Notes: generated by a model from the sequence alone, not told the origin. A stretch of DNA of 63,741 bases, filler included, from 8 parts of 8 records of this genome joined end to end with filler, not necessarily neighbours in it; one strand, 5' to 3'; counted from the whole stretch's first letter, positions 45,184 through 57,018 are shown. A program made the numbers and translations.

Positions 45184-45702
45184 TCAGGATGAAGCGCCCT
45201 GGCTGCGTTCGATCAGCTTCAGCACTGCCACAAGCACGATGCCGTAGAGAACATGGCCAACGAGGGCGACCCAGACGATGCCACTGAAGTTCAGGAAGAA
45301 GGGCAGGCCGGCGACCGATGTGATGCCGCCGATGGCGAAGACCCAGAGACCGAAACCGTAAATTGCCGACGGCAGGAGCCAGTGGGTGTTGCCGACCACG
45401 CGCTGCCACAACGGCGCGAAGATGAACATCCAGCCGACAGGGTAGCCGATCAGTCCGACGGCATAGAAATGGACGAAATATCCGCCGAAGTCGCCGTTCG
45501 GAAGACCCAGGCTGCCAAGCAGGCTTTTGGCGAGGCCGTGCGGTGAAAGGGTCGCGAAACCCAAAGCCGGACTGATGATCTGGCCCCAGAGGTCGAACGC
45601 GTTGGTCGCAAAGAAGCCCGAGATGAACATCAGACCGAGCGTATGAAAACTCAGGGCGGGCAGGGTGCCGGCAGTCTGGGCCTGGCTGGAAGTCGTATTC
45701 AT
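45184..45702 (-). CDS. Hypothetical membrane protein
   Basis: Four hydrophobic segments, conserved-looking His (VHF, GHVLYG). Confidence 0.7.
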   Translation of the reverse strand: MNTTSSQAQTAGTLPALSFHTLGLMFISGFFATNAFDLWGQIISPALGFATLSPHGLAKSLLGSLGLPNGDFGGYFVHFYAVGLIGYPVGWMFIFAPLWQRVVGNTHWLLPSAIYGFGLWVFAIGGITSVAGLPFFLNFSGIVWVALVGHVLYGIVLVAVLKLIERSQGASS

Positions 45703-45934
45703 GACGGGATCACTTTCCTGAGATTGTCTCTTCTGCAGGCAGATACTTGGCTCTGAATGCGATCACATGGAAATAAAATGGCGAGGGTCCTGCGTGACGA
45801 ATTCGTGATGAAAAATTGACGCCTCGCAGCGGCTGTTTCCAATCTTTGGATAACGCGACGGCGCTGTTGCTACACCTCCTCTTGCATGATCGGATGCGCC
45901 CTCTTTGCAACGCCGACAATGTGAGAATGCCGAA

Positions 45935-46813
45935 ATGGATAAGTTGCCCGTCCGCCTCTATGCCGCTTTTGCTGCCGATGAGCGAGGCGGCAACATCGGC
46001 GGCGTTGTTTTTGAGGATACGCCGCTGTGGCCGGACGCGCGTCAGCGGATCGCTGCGGATATCGGTGCCCCGACAACGGGTTTTGTCCGCCAGAAGTCTG
46101 ACAAGAGGATCGAGGTCCGCTTTCACTCGACCCGGGCGGAAATGGATATGTGCGGCCATGTTACCGTTGCGATTTTTGCGGCGTTGCTGGCCGACGGGCG
46201 GATTGGGCCTGGAAGCTATATTCAGGAAACACCCGCGGGGGAAATCGGTGTTGATGTCGCCTCGGACGGTGCCATCACCATGCACCAGCCTTTGCCGAAG
46301 TTCGGATTGAACGAGGCAACCGCGGACGAGATAGCTCCGCTGCTCGGCATGGAACCGGCTGGTATTCTCAGCGTTGCGGCGTCCTCGACAGCCCTTCGGC
46401 ATGTTTTCATCGAAGTGGCAGATGCCGATGCTCTGGCAACCCTTCGTCCGGATGATGACGGGCTGCGCCGTTTCAGCCAGGCACGGTCGATCGACACGAT
46501 GGGCATCTGGTGCCGGACAGGGCGTGGTCTGGGCAAGGCTAAGGTTCGCCTGCGGGATCTCTGCCACGGTGTCGGCGATCCGGAAGAGGCGGCGAGCGGT
46601 ACCACCAACGGTGCGTTGGCCTGCCAATTGTTCCGGGCGCAAAAACTTCTGCCTGGCAATGGCGGACAGGCGGTCCTGGTCGCAGAGCAGGGCTTCGAGA
46701 TGGGCCGTCCAAGCATCGTCAGAACCGTGCTGAACACGGCTGGCGGCGAAGTCACCGGTGTTTCTGTCGGTGGGTATGCGGCCTTGAGGTTGACGGGCGA
46801 GTTTCACCTGTGA
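45935..46813 (+). CDS. PhzF family isomerase/epimerase
   Basis: AF.....GGN, EMDMCGH.T, EEAASG...GAL, EQG.EMGRPS. Confidence 0.88.
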   Translation: MDKLPVRLYAAFAADERGGNIGGVVFEDTPLWPDARQRIAADIGAPTTGFVRQKSDKRIEVRFHSTRAEMDMCGHVTVAIFAALLADGRIGPGSYIQETPAGEIGVDVASDGAITMHQPLPKFGLNEATADEIAPLLGMEPAGILSVAASSTALRHVFIEVADADALATLRPDDDGLRRFSQARSIDTMGIWCRTGRGLGKAKVRLRDLCHGVGDPEEAASGTTNGALACQLFRAQKLLPGNGGQAVLVAEQGFEMGRPSIVRTVLNTAGGEVTGVSVGGYAALRLTGEFHL

Positions 46814-46835
46814 AACCCGCCGCGCCGGTGTGACG

Positions 46836-48413
46836 TCAGACCCGTTCGAACAGCGCTGGTCCCGTCTCGCTGAAGAGTTCGATCTCGAGCGACTTGGCCG
46901 GACCGGATGATACATCGCCAAAGACGAGCGTCGAACGGGATCCGTCGGGCGCGTTCTCGGTGACGAAATCGAACACCATTACCGGCCCGTTCCAGGGCTT
47001 CAGCGGGAAGGGGATCTGTTTCGGTCCTGCCATCAGCACCAGCTTGTCGCCGTCTGCCTTGATCTCGACCTTGCCGAAATACGGGTTGGAATAGGTGCCG
47101 GTGAGAAGGTCTTGCGGAGGCGTCGGGCCGGCATCTGCCGGGCGGTCCTGACCGACAGTGCTGCCACGTTTGGTGTAGAAACCTTCGAACCTGCTCGAAT
47201 ATCCGCCGTACCAGTCCCGGGTGATGTGGCCGAGCTGTGCCAGGTCGGTGAAAGAGGCCGTGATGGCTTCGGCTGCCCCGACAGGGGCTGCATTGGTGAG
47301 GACGACTATGCCCAGGTCGAGCGAGGGGATCATCGCAAAGCAGGTGCCCGCGCCCAGCAGGAATGCGCCGGAATGGCCGATCCGGACACGGCCGGACGGA
47401 TCAGTGCCGACATTGAAACCGTAACCGTAAAAGCCGGACCTGGCATCGGGGCTGTGGGGGCGATCCGAAAAGCTTTGCGGGCTGATGGCCGGCAGAAGCG
47501 CCTCGGGTGCGATAAGCGGAGTTCCCGCGTGGGCGCCGTCTGCAAGCAGCATCTTCAGCCAGATGGCCAGATCGTTGGCGGTCGAACTGACGCCACCTGC
47601 CGGCGACTGCGCATCGGGCTTGCGCTGGTAAAGCGGAGCAAAGCCGTCGCCGTCTCGGCTGTGTGGTATGGCGCGGTTGCTTGCTGCCATGTAGTCGGCA
47701 AAGCGTGAGCTGGTCGACGTCATGCCGAGTGGCCTGTAGAGCGCTTCTTCCGAAAGGCTGCTCCAGTCGGTGCCGGCAGCCTCGGCAACGGCCTCCGCGG
47801 CGGCAGTCAGGCCGAAGTTGGTATAGGCATAGGAAATCCGGAAAGGTGCCAGCGGCAGAAGCTTCAATCTCTGCAGGATTTCCTTGCGGTCGTAACCCAG
47901 GTCTTCCAGATCGTCGCCGGCGTGGTCCGGCAGACCGGAGCGATGGCTGTAGAGGTCACCTATGGTCAGCTTTTCGGTGCGGTCGGGATCGGACAATTCG
48001 AACCAGGGCAACAGTTCACGCATCCGGCTGTCCCAGCCGACGACGCCCTTGCTGACCTGGCTCGCAACGACGGTCGCTCCCACCGGTTTGGAGAGGGATG
48101 CAAGCTGAAACACGGTGTCCGGTGTGATGGTTTCCGGTCCGTCAAGGCGGCGCACGCCGAAGCCCTTGGAATAGACGGTTTCGCCCCGATGAACGGCGGC
48201 AACGGCGAGCCCCGGGATTTTGCTGCGCGTCATCACGTCGGCCACGATTGCGTCAAGCTCCGCGACTGCCTTTGCAATCTGCTCGGGCGAGGCTTCAACG
48301 CCTGGTGTCTGGGCAGGAGAAAGCTCCTGCGCAAACCCACGCAGTGGCAGTGCAGTCAGTGCAGCGGTCGCAGTGCCGAGAAACAGACGGCGGGAGAGTG
48401 TGTGCCGGGGCAT
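46836..48413 (-). CDS. Tat-exported serine hydrolase (beta-lactamase class C-like) with C-terminal extension
   Basis: SRRLFL Tat motif, ASLSK (SxxK), YTN, GHSG. Confidence 0.88.
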   Translation of the reverse strand: MPRHTLSRRLFLGTATAALTALPLRGFAQELSPAQTPGVEASPEQIAKAVAELDAIVADVMTRSKIPGLAVAAVHRGETVYSKGFGVRRLDGPETITPDTVFQLASLSKPVGATVVASQVSKGVVGWDSRMRELLPWFELSDPDRTEKLTIGDLYSHRSGLPDHAGDDLEDLGYDRKEILQRLKLLPLAPFRISYAYTNFGLTAAAEAVAEAAGTDWSSLSEEALYRPLGMTSTSSRFADYMAASNRAIPHSRDGDGFAPLYQRKPDAQSPAGGVSSTANDLAIWLKMLLADGAHAGTPLIAPEALLPAISPQSFSDRPHSPDARSGFYGYGFNVGTDPSGRVRIGHSGAFLLGAGTCFAMIPSLDLGIVVLTNAAPVGAAEAITASFTDLAQLGHITRDWYGGYSSRFEGFYTKRGSTVGQDRPADAGPTPPQDLLTGTYSNPYFGKVEIKADGDKLVLMAGPKQIPFPLKPWNGPVMVFDFVTENAPDGSRSTLVFGDVSSGPAKSLEIELFSETGPALFERV

Positions 48414-48599
48414 ATGCAAATTCCTTGGGGAGATACTGAAATCAAAACAAGCATATGCATGATGCGCGAAACGCACCTGAGAGATCAACTTAACGACGTG
48501 TAATGCGGGTTTGTTGAAACTTTTTGGTTAAGCAACCGTGTCTTGAGCAGACAAGCAAGTGGCCGGCTCCAGAACGGCATCCGGCCGGCAGGTCGGGTG

Positions 48600-48923
48600 C
48601 TATTCGATGTCACCGTGGACGGCGACCATATCCAGTTTCGCTTCCGGCGCGGCAATGGTTCTGAAGGCTTCCCGCACACCGTCTTCGGTCAGGTCGCGCT
48701 GAACGGCGATCAACGTGTTTTCCGGATGTTCCTCGCAAAGCTCTGCCATATAGGCCAGCTCCTGACGGGCAACACCAAGCGCCGCCTCCACGGAAGGTGC
48801 GCCGTAAATGTCGACAAAATGCTGAGCAAGCCGCTCGGCGAGGGTGGCAAGCTCGGCCTCTTCGATCGGGGTGACGGCAACGAAGGTTGCTCTGCCGAAG
48901 GTTTCCAGCCCCAGCCAGCCGTT
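48600..48923 (-). CDS. Conserved hypothetical protein (DUF6505-like), 5' truncated
   Basis: Hand translation NGWLGLETFGRATFVAV...HFVDIYGAPS...VREAFRTI. Confidence 0.55.
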   Translation of the reverse strand, partial: NGWLGLETFGRATFVAVTPIEEAELATLAERLAQHFVDIYGAPSVEAALGVARQELAYMAELCEEHPENTLIAVQRDLTEDGVREAFRTIAAPEAKLDMVAVHGDIE

Positions 48924-49023
48924 NNNNNNNNNNNNNNNNNNNNNNNNNNNNNNNNNNNNNNNNNNNNTTAATTAATTAANNNNNNNNNNNNNNNNNNNNN
49001 NNNNNNNNNNNNNNNNNNNNNNN
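48924..49023. other. Artificial contig linker
   Basis: N44-TTAATTAATTAA-N44. Confidence 0.98.
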
Positions 49024-49027
49024 TTAC

Positions 49028-49050
49028 GGCACACGGAGTGTGCCTACTAC
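49028..49050 (-). repeat. GTAG-type REP-like hairpin
   Basis: GGCACAC-GGA-GTGTGCC hairpin. The minus strand reads GTAGTAGGCACAC..., and the hairpin sits at a contig end. Confidence 0.55.
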
Positions 49051-49270
49051 TTTGAAGCATATGAATTTATGCAACTCTGAAGCCCACGCTTCCAATGACT
49101 TACGAAGTCCACCGGTGGCGTTCACCTAGATCTGTCCCATTTTCCTAGTTTCGGCCTTCCGCCACGCGAAAGCAGCGACCCTTTACAGTGCATGCCCACC
49201 ATCAGCAATTCACTCGTCGCGCAATTCGAATTATTCGAATAACCCAACTTTCTAGGGATTCCGCCGCTTT

Positions 49271-49285
49271 TGGCACACCGCTTGC
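49271..49285 (+). promoter_or_regulatory. Putative sigma-54 (-24/-12) promoter of dnaK
   Basis: TGGCAC-N5-TTGC, an exact consensus match about 160 nt upstream of the start. Confidence 0.55.
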
Positions 49286-49444
49286 ATTCTACCAGAATCG
49301 TCCGCTCGGCAGCAAAAACGGCACTAGCTGTTTCTTGTCAGAGGGGGCTCGAGACACAGATAAATCGGTTCAATGGGCCGATGCTTGAATATTTTGAGGC
49401 GACGCCACGTGTGGTTCGCCTTTTGAACACCGGAAGGAGAAGCC

Positions 49445-51376
49445 ATGTCGCAAGGCGAAAAAATTATCGGAATCGACCTTGGAACAACGAATTCCGTGGT
49501 CGCGGTTATGGAAGGTAGCGAGGTCAAGGTTATTCCCAATGCGGAAGGTAACCGACTGACTCCTAGTGTTGTTGCATACACCGACAAGGACGACGTAATC
49601 GTTGGTGAGCCCGCTCGACGACAAGCGGTCACCAATCCAAAGCGAACCGTCTACTCAGCGAAGCGGTTTATGGGCCGTCGTCACGGCGAAGTTGCCAGTG
49701 AAGAGAAGATGGTTCCCTACGAAGTGCTTGGTGGGGACGCGGACTACGTCAAAATTGGCGTGGGCGACAAGGAACTGACACCTCAAGAAGTTTCGGCAAC
49801 CGTACTTCGCAAGCTGAAGGAAGCGGCCGAATCGTATCTTGGTCACCGAGTTAGCAAGGCGGTCATCACCGTTCCCGCTTACTTCAACGATGCTCAGCGT
49901 CAGGCAACCAAAGATGCCGGACAGGTTGCTGGACTTGAAGTTGCTCGAATCATCAACGAGCCAACCGCGGCCGCTCTAGCGTACGGACTTGATAAAGAGC
50001 GCGACCACAAGATCGCAGTATTCGACCTTGGTGGTGGTACGTTCGACGTCTCTGTCCTGGAAGTTGCTTCGACCGGTGAGGGCGAGAATCAAAGTAAGGT
50101 CTTCGAAGTTATCTCGACCAGTGGTGACACGCACCTTGGCGGTGACGACTTCGATGAAGCTCTAGTGAACTTCGTTGCCGATGAGTTCAAGAAAGAGAAC
50201 GGAATTGACCTTCGCAGTGATGCCATGAGTCTGCAGCGATTGCAGGAAGCTTGCGAGAAAGCGAAGAAAGAACTCAGTAGCGTTCCCGAGACAGATCTGA
50301 ACCTACCGTTCATTACCGCTGATGCCAGTGGCCCCAAGCACTTGCAGATGAAGATCACTCGGTCCAAGTTCGAAGAACTAATTGACCCATTGATCCAGCG
50401 TTGTAAGAAGCCAGTTCTGCAGGCCCTCGAAGACGCTGACTTCAAGCCGAGCGACGTTGATGAAGTCGTCTTGGTCGGTGGTTCGACACGCGTTCCCAAG
50501 GTTCGCGAAATCGTCAAAGAGATCTTTGGCAAAGAGCCGCACCAGGGAGTTAACCCAGACGAAGTTGTCGCTGTTGGTGCTGCGATTCAAGGTAGTGTTC
50601 TTAGCGGTGACCGCAAGGACGTGCTACTGCTGGACGTTACGCCGCTCACCCTCGGTATCGAAACCGAAGGCGGTGTGATGACCTCCTTGATCGAGCGTAA
50701 CACCACGATTCCTGCCGAGCGAAAGAATACGTTCTCGACTGCGGCGGACAATCAAACGGCCGTAACGGTCCGAGTATTCCAGGGCGAGCGCAAAATGGCG
50801 AGCCACAATAGGTTGCTCGGCGAGTTCAACTTGGAAGGCATACCGCCGGCTCCACGTGGCGTTCCGCAGATTGAGGTCAAGTTTGACATTGACCAGAACG
50901 GTATCCTCAACGTTTCCGCTCGCGATCTTGGCAGCGGAAAAGAAGCTTCGGTTCGAATCGAGCAGTCCTCTGGCTTGAGCCAAGACGAGATTGAGAACAT
51001 GAAGAAGGACGCCGAGGAGAACGCAGAAGAAGATCGTCGCCAGTTCGAAATTGCTGAAGCTCGTAACAAGGGGCAGAACCTGGTTTACCAGCTTGAAAAG
51101 CAAATGACGGACAACGCTGACAAACTTTCTGACTCCGACCGAGAGCCACTTAATGCGGCGATCGAGAAGGTTAAGAAGGCCGTTGAAGGCACCGACGTCG
51201 AAGAGATCAAGTCTGCTACTGGCGAACTTGAGCAGGCTGCTCAAGCGTTCAGCAAGACACTCTACGAGAAGGCCGGTGATGCAGGAGCCGAAGGATCAGC
51301 ACCCGAAGGAGCAAGTGCTGATGCTGGCGACGACGATGCCATCGACGCCGAGTTCGAAGTCAAAGACGACAAATAA
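49445..51376 (+). CDS. dnaK: Chaperone DnaK
   Basis: [40 protein letters not shown] tail. RBS AAGGAG. Confidence 0.97.
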   Translation: MSQGEKIIGIDLGTTNSVVAVMEGSEVKVIPNAEGNRLTPSVVAYTDKDDVIVGEPARRQAVTNPKRTVYSAKRFMGRRHGEVASEEKMVPYEVLGGDADYVKIGVGDKELTPQEVSATVLRKLKEAAESYLGHRVSKAVITVPAYFNDAQRQATKDAGQVAGLEVARIINEPTAAALAYGLDKERDHKIAVFDLGGGTFDVSVLEVASTGEGENQSKVFEVISTSGDTHLGGDDFDEALVNFVADEFKKENGIDLRSDAMSLQRLQEACEKAKKELSSVPETDLNLPFITADASGPKHLQMKITRSKFEELIDPLIQRCKKPVLQALEDADFKPSDVDEVVLVGGSTRVPKVREIVKEIFGKEPHQGVNPDEVVAVGAAIQGSVLSGDRKDVLLLDVTPLTLGIETEGGVMTSLIERNTTIPAERKNTFSTAADNQTAVTVRVFQGERKMASHNRLLGEFNLEGIPPAPRGVPQIEVKFDIDQNGILNVSARDLGSGKEASVRIEQSSGLSQDEIENMKKDAEENAEEDRRQFEIAEARNKGQNLVYQLEKQMTDNADKLSDSDREPLNAAIEKVKKAVEGTDVEEIKSATGELEQAAQAFSKTLYEKAGDAGAEGSAPEGASADAGDDDAIDAEFEVKDDK

Positions 51377-51405
51377 TCTCCTTAATCCGATCTAGCCAGA
51401 TTACA

Positions 51406-51442
51406 AAAACCGCTGCAGAGGTAACTCCGCAGCGGTTTTTTT
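51406..51442. terminator. Bidirectional intrinsic terminator
   Basis: AAAACCGCTGC...GCAGCGGTTTT followed by a T-run. Confidence 0.8.
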
Positions 51443-51458
51443 GTGCGCCCTCGCTCAC

Positions 51459-52520
51459 CTATCGCCTTGACTCTTTGAACAGCTCTACCATTGCTTCACC
51501 CATCGCTTCACCGACGTTCATGTATGTCTCAGCGTCGCCGTTATAGTGACTGCCTGAACTGCCTCCCTGCGAAAGTGGGTGGGTGTAGACCGAACTCACA
51601 TTTCCGCTGAATTCGGGATAGCTCCCGCTGCGACCATCAACATTGAGCATCGCGTCAAGAATTTTTCCACCGCCGTCGGTGTCGCCTTTCTTGGATTGCC
51701 CAAGAGACGCACAAACAAATTTTGCGTTCGGTGAATCAAAGTCTTGACGCAACCGTTTGATCAAGTTGACCAGATTCAGTTCGTACCGGCTGGAGAGAGC
51801 TTCGCTTCGGCTGTCGCGATCTCCCTGCCACCAGAAGAATCCTGCGATTTCATATCGATCTCGGCCTGGATAATACGTTTCGAACTTCGCCAGTACATCT
51901 TTGGCACGGCGGATGTCGCCATCGTACTGCATCCCGGCGTACCATTTGATTGGCTTCACTTGAGTCCCCTTTTCCCACCGTTCTGGCGAACCCTTGTAAC
52001 CAGGGTGCATCCATGTCACTCCCTTGGAGTCGGTGAACTCAAATCCTTGACTTCCAGGCGGCAGTAAGTCCCAGCCAAGCGCTCGATTACCGATGCAGCT
52101 CTTCAAGAGCAAGACCGGTGCATCAAGTGCATCGCCAAGTTTGTGTCCAATTCCGATTTCGGGGCCAATGGTTCGCCCCTTTATGGTTAAGAACTCGTTG
52201 TTCAGAACCCGCGCGCCGCCCGTGCCACTTCCCATTACCCGAACGTTGCGAACGTCTTCGCGAGTCGTCCATTTACCCTCGGCATCGACCAGGTATCGAT
52301 AAAGTCCCTTTTCTTCGACAGCAGCCCGCAATGATCCGACAGGCTTGTTGTTCGCCGGTTCAACCTTTCCAAACCCAAGCATGTTGGATTGTCCGAGCAG
52401 GATGAATACCTGGACGGGGCCGCCAGAAGCATCTGTCGGTGTTTGGGGCATCAATTCCTGCGCGACTGCGGTCGATGACGCAAGGAAAGCTAATACGGTT
52501 GGCAGTAATCGCGATTTCAT
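51459..52520 (-). CDS. Sialate O-acetylesterase-like SGNH hydrolase (secreted)
   Basis: Signal peptide, VFILLGQSNM, GPE.G, WWQG, SHY. Confidence 0.8.
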   Translation of the reverse strand: MKSRLLPTVLAFLASSTAVAQELMPQTPTDASGGPVQVFILLGQSNMLGFGKVEPANNKPVGSLRAAVEEKGLYRYLVDAEGKWTTREDVRNVRVMGSGTGGARVLNNEFLTIKGRTIGPEIGIGHKLGDALDAPVLLLKSCIGNRALGWDLLPPGSQGFEFTDSKGVTWMHPGYKGSPERWEKGTQVKPIKWYAGMQYDGDIRRAKDVLAKFETYYPGRDRYEIAGFFWWQGDRDSRSEALSSRYELNLVNLIKRLRQDFDSPNAKFVCASLGQSKKGDTDGGGKILDAMLNVDGRSGSYPEFSGNVSSVYTHPLSQGGSSGSHYNGDAETYMNVGEAMGEAMVELFKESRR

Positions 52521-52558
52521 TTGTTTGACTGCAATTTGGTTAGGCAACGCCCGGGCCG

Positions 52559-54100
52559 TTACTCTGCGGGCATGAATTTCACTTGACGGTCGTTCGAAAG
52601 GTCCGGTCCGGGCGTGGATCTTCCCCGTTCAACGTGATCGGCGAGAAGCTTCAGTAAGTGCTTGACCTTCTCCGGTTCGGCGTCAAGTAAGTTCGATTCC
52701 TCACCGGGATCATTGGCCAGGTTATACAACTGCATCGAAGGCAGTCCCTGTTTCTTTGCAGTGTTTTCCTTTGGAGCACTCCATCCTCCACTGCCATGAC
52801 AAATGCAAAGTTTCCAATCACCCTCGCGAATGGCAAAGGAACCGCCGATCGAGTGGCTGATCAGGGACGCGCGATCTGTGGCAGAGTCGCCTTCGAAGAC
52901 GGGCAGCAAGCTAAATCCGTCTTCGCCTCCGGAAGGTGTTTTTTCCTGCTGAGTGATTTCGCGCAGCGTGGTGTAAACGTCGGTCAAGCATGCAACTGCA
53001 TCTGTGCTTCGCCCACCTTCGATTTGGCTTGGCCAACGCGCAAGCAGCGGCACACGGTGCCCTCCCTCATAGATGTCAGCCTTGTGACCGCGGTATATGG
53101 CGCTTGGGTCGTGATTGTATTCTGCCAACTTCTCAAAGTTCGCTTGCGGGGAACAGCCGTTATCGCTCGTGAAAAGTACGAGAGTGTTTTCGTCGATTCC
53201 CGCTTCTTTGACTGCGTCAAGCAACTGTCCCATGTGATGGTCAACTTGCATGACAAAATCCGCGTAAGGGTTCATTCCGCTGGCATCTTTGAAAGGCGGT
53301 ACGGGCACGATTGGCGTGTGTGGCGCGGGTAAGGCTAGATAAAGAAAGAATGGCTTGGCGTCGTCCGCGCTGGTTCGCTCGCGAATATGCTCAATCGACT
53401 TATCAAATAGATGCGGTAAAACTTCGTCGATTTTAAAGTCGGGGCTTATGTCGCCTTTTCTATACCAGCCGTATGGATCTTCGCCACGCGTGACACCTTC
53501 CTTGCGATCTGGAATGGCCGTAGCTTTTCCTGTATCGACCCAAACGTAGGGCGGCATGTCCAGCGAGCCGCAATGGGCGTAGTAGCGATCAAATCCGTTG
53601 ATATCAGGGCCATTTAGGATTGGTTTTGAGTAGTCAATCTGCTTACCGTTCTTGTTCCAGTCCCACCCCAAATGCCATTTGCCAATCATAGCCGTGTGGT
53701 ACCCTGCCCCGCGCATAAGATGCCCAAGTGTGGGGCGATCGGCCGGGATCAAGTGGCTGCTGGTTCCACTCAATACTCCCTTGGCCAGACGCGATCTCCA
53801 GTTGTAACGTCCTGTCAAGAGACCGTAACGCGTTGGAGTGCAAACGGAGCTTGGTGTGTGAGCGTCAAGGAACGTTAGGCCTTCGTCGGCCATTGTTTGC
53901 AGATTCGGTGTTTTGATTTTGCATTCTGGATTGGTCGGAGAGATATCACCAATTCCTAGATCGTCAGCCATCACCACGATGACATTTGGCGGTGAGTCTG
54001 CTCTCAACACAAGCGGAAGAACTAGAGCGAAGATGACGGCCGACGCATATAGCCCGGCGGCACGGAGTGAATGCATTTGTATTTTCTTAAACCAAGCCAT
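52559..54100 (-). CDS. Arylsulfatase (formylglycine-dependent)
   Basis: PNVIVVMADDLG, CTPTR (CxPxR), GKWHLG, PH.P, TSDNG, YEGGHRVP. Confidence 0.93.
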   Translation of the reverse strand: MAWFKKIQMHSLRAAGLYASAVIFALVLPLVLRADSPPNVIVVMADDLGIGDISPTNPECKIKTPNLQTMADEGLTFLDAHTPSSVCTPTRYGLLTGRYNWRSRLAKGVLSGTSSHLIPADRPTLGHLMRGAGYHTAMIGKWHLGWDWNKNGKQIDYSKPILNGPDINGFDRYYAHCGSLDMPPYVWVDTGKATAIPDRKEGVTRGEDPYGWYRKGDISPDFKIDEVLPHLFDKSIEHIRERTSADDAKPFFLYLALPAPHTPIVPVPPFKDASGMNPYADFVMQVDHHMGQLLDAVKEAGIDENTLVLFTSDNGCSPQANFEKLAEYNHDPSAIYRGHKADIYEGGHRVPLLARWPSQIEGGRSTDAVACLTDVYTTLREITQQEKTPSGGEDGFSLLPVFEGDSATDRASLISHSIGGSFAIREGDWKLCICHGSGGWSAPKENTAKKQGLPSMQLYNLANDPGEESNLLDAEPEKVKHLLKLLADHVERGRSTPGPDLSNDRQVKFMPAE

Positions 54101-54360
54101 GTTTTTTTGAAACTCTAAGAAGTATGATCTGCTGCCACATCACGCTTTGCCGCGTCCAGAATGGCACGCACGCGGGAAACGCACAATTTACCTTATCCGA
54201 GAGTGGACTGCTTCGCAGACAGACGCCGCATGTCGTTTTCGCAACCAGAGTCCTCCAGGATTGGTGTTTTGCGGCGGTTTGGCATCAGATTTTCTTTAAC
54301 AAGGAGTAGAAAACTACGACGAACGCCAATTTGGCAGTCTGATATTCGGAGGGAAATGCC

Positions 54361-57018
54361 ATGACTTTTCGACCTGACAAACTGACAGTAAAGAGCCAGG
54401 AAGCGCTGACTGTTGCACAATCGCGTGCGGCGGAATTGGGGACTCCCGATCTCGACACACTGCACCTACTTGCCGCGCTCCTGAACGATGCTGGTGGGAT
54501 CGTTGTTGGCGTCCTTCGAAAGATGGGAGTGGATTTGGACCAGTTGAACTCAATGACCGAAGGCGAAGTTCAACGGTTACCGAAGGTTTCGGGTGGATCA
54601 CAACCTGGCTTGAACCCCGCAACGTCGGCTGCTCTCGACGCAGCCGGTAAAGCCACTAGCGAATTGGGCGACGAATTTATCAGTACCGAACACATCCTGC
54701 TCGGGCTGGCTCGAACGACTTGTCGTGCCCAAGATGTTCTGAAGCTCAACGGCATCAAAGACAAGGATATCCTGGCAACAGTGAAAGAAATTCGCGGAAG
54801 TAGCAAAGTGACCGATCAACATCCAGAAGGCAAATTCAACGCGCTTGAAAAGTACGGAATCAACCTGATCGATCAAGCACGAAACAACAAGATTGATCCT
54901 GTGATTGGTCGCGACGAAGAGATTCGTCGAGTCATCCAAGTGCTTTCTCGGCGTACGAAGAATAACCCAGTGTTGATTGGCGAACCCGGCGTTGGCAAGA
55001 CCGCGATCGTCGAAGGGCTTGCGCTGCGCATCGTTCAAGGCGACGTGCCGCAAAGTCTTAAGGACAAGACGGTCATTGCGTTGGACCTCGGTGCCTTGGT
55101 AGCAGGTGCGAAATTTCGCGGCGAATTTGAAGAGCGACTGAAGGCTGTTATCCGGGAAGTCAAGGATGCTGATGGAAGTGTGATCCTGTTCATCGACGAA
55201 TTGCACACCGTAATCGGTGCCGGGGCAGCCGAAGGTGGTGGGGACGCAGCAAATCTACTCAAGCCCGAACTAGCTCGTGGTGGATTGCGTTGTATCGGTG
55301 CTACCACCCTGGATGAATACCGCAAGCACATCGAGAAGGATGCTGCTCTTGAGCGACGCTTCCAGCCTGTGTACGTAGGAGAGCCGAGCGTAGAGAGTAC
55401 GATCACTATCCTTCGAGGCCTGAAGCCTCGCTATGAAGCACACCATGGTATCAAGATTCGAGATGCCGCTTTGGTGGCTGCGGCAAAGTTGTCGGATCGC
55501 TACATCACGGACCGCTTCTTGCCAGACAAGGCGATCGACTTGGTCGACGAGGCCGCCAGCCGACTAGCAATGGAGCGCGAGAGCGTGCCGACAGAAATCG
55601 ATGCCGTTCAACGACGTCTTCGTCAGCTCGAAGTGGCGCAGCGCCAATTGGCCGAGGAAAACGAGGACAGTGCTGACGATCAGCTTGCCGCTATCGAAGC
55701 GGAAACTGCGAGCTTGCAGCAGGAGCTGGCCAGTTTGCGCGAGCAATGGGAAGCCGAAAAGCTCGGACTCAACGACGTGCAAAGTGTTCGCCAGCAACTT
55801 GACGAGGCTAACGCTGAGTACCAGCAGTTGGAAGCCCGCATTCGTGATACGCAGTCTCAAGGCCAGCAGGTCCCGGAGAACGATTATCAGCGGCTGTTCG
55901 AGCTGGACAAGCAGCGACAGTCGTTGCAGAAGACGATCGAGCAGGATGAGCAGCAGGAGAAGCCCGCCGAGGACAAGCCGAAGCTACTTCGAACTGAAGT
56001 CACCGCAGATGAAATCGCCAGCGTCGTGAGCAACTGGACGGGAGTGCCAGTGAATCGCATGCTTGAAACTGAGCGAGCCAAGTTGCTGGTGATGGAAGAG
56101 CGTTTGCACACTCGCGTTGTCGGGCAAGACGATGCCGTGGTTGCTGTCGCCAATGCAGTGCGGCGGAGCAGAAGTGGTTTGCAAGACCCTAATCGTCCCA
56201 TCGGCTCCTTCCTGTTCCTCGGTCCGACCGGCGTCGGCAAAACGGAGCTATGCAAAGCGCTCGCGGAGATCATGTTTGACGATGCCAATGCGATGGTTCG
56301 CATCGACATGAGCGAGTTCATGGAGCGGCATTCCGTGGCCAGAATGATCGGTGCACCTCCTGGTTACGTCGGCTACGAAGAAGGTGGTAAGCTAACCGAG
56401 GCGGTACGTCGTCGGCCGTACAGCGTGATTTTGCTAGACGAAATGGAGAAAGCCCATCCGGACGTTTTCAATATCTTGCTACAAGTGTTGGATGATGGAC
56501 GGTTGACTGATGGTCAAGGACGCACAATCGACTTCACCAATACCGTTGTGGTAATGACTAGCAACGTCGGAAGTCAGATTATTCAGAAGCTAACCGGAGA
56601 GGGGGCGTCGCAGGAGGAGATAAACGAGAGTGTCGACGACGCATTACGAGCAAAGTTCTTGCCTGAGTTTCTCAATCGGATTGACGACACGATCGTGTTC
56701 CACCCGCTTGATCAAGAACACATTGCACGTATCGTTCGCCTGCAGCTCAAACATTTGGAGAAGCAGCTTGCGGAGATGCAGATCGAATTGCAAATCACCG
56801 ACGCAGCCGTTGCTCACATTGCGGAGATTGGCTATGACCCTTCGTTCGGTGCACGTCCACTGAAACGAGTCATCCAACGCGAGGTGCAAAATCAGCTCGC
56901 GACTGAACTCCTGAAGAGCAACATCGCCGAGGGCAGCAAGGTCGTCATCGACTTCGACGCTGGTGCGTTAACGTTTGCAATCAACGGATCGCAACACCTT
57001 CAAGGTGCCGATTCCTAG
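54361..57018 (+). CDS. clpB: ATP-dependent disaggregase ClpB
   Basis: Clp N-domain, two AAA+ modules ([16 protein letters not shown]), coiled-coil middle domain, GARPL.R. Confidence 0.96.
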   Translation: MTFRPDKLTVKSQEALTVAQSRAAELGTPDLDTLHLLAALLNDAGGIVVGVLRKMGVDLDQLNSMTEGEVQRLPKVSGGSQPGLNPATSAALDAAGKATSELGDEFISTEHILLGLARTTCRAQDVLKLNGIKDKDILATVKEIRGSSKVTDQHPEGKFNALEKYGINLIDQARNNKIDPVIGRDEEIRRVIQVLSRRTKNNPVLIGEPGVGKTAIVEGLALRIVQGDVPQSLKDKTVIALDLGALVAGAKFRGEFEERLKAVIREVKDADGSVILFIDELHTVIGAGAAEGGGDAANLLKPELARGGLRCIGATTLDEYRKHIEKDAALERRFQPVYVGEPSVESTITILRGLKPRYEAHHGIKIRDAALVAAAKLSDRYITDRFLPDKAIDLVDEAASRLAMERESVPTEIDAVQRRLRQLEVAQRQLAEENEDSADDQLAAIEAETASLQQELASLREQWEAEKLGLNDVQSVRQQLDEANAEYQQLEARIRDTQSQGQQVPENDYQRLFELDKQRQSLQKTIEQDEQQEKPAEDKPKLLRTEVTADEIASVVSNWTGVPVNRMLETERAKLLVMEERLHTRVVGQDDAVVAVANAVRRSRSGLQDPNRPIGSFLFLGPTGVGKTELCKALAEIMFDDANAMVRIDMSEFMERHSVARMIGAPPGYVGYEEGGKLTEAVRRRPYSVILLDEMEKAHPDVFNILLQVLDDGRLTDGQGRTIDFTNTVVVMTSNVGSQIIQKLTGEGASQEEINESVDDALRAKFLPEFLNRIDDTIVFHPLDQEHIARIVRLQLKHLEKQLAEMQIELQITDAAVAHIAEIGYDPSFGARPLKRVIQREVQNQLATELLKSNIAEGSKVVIDFDAGALTFAINGSQHLQGADS

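Noticed and set aside
23317-57018. Apparent chaperone cluster (YegD-like Hsp70, DnaK, ClpB)
   Set aside because: The YegD-like gene and dnaK/clpB are on different contigs from different organisms.
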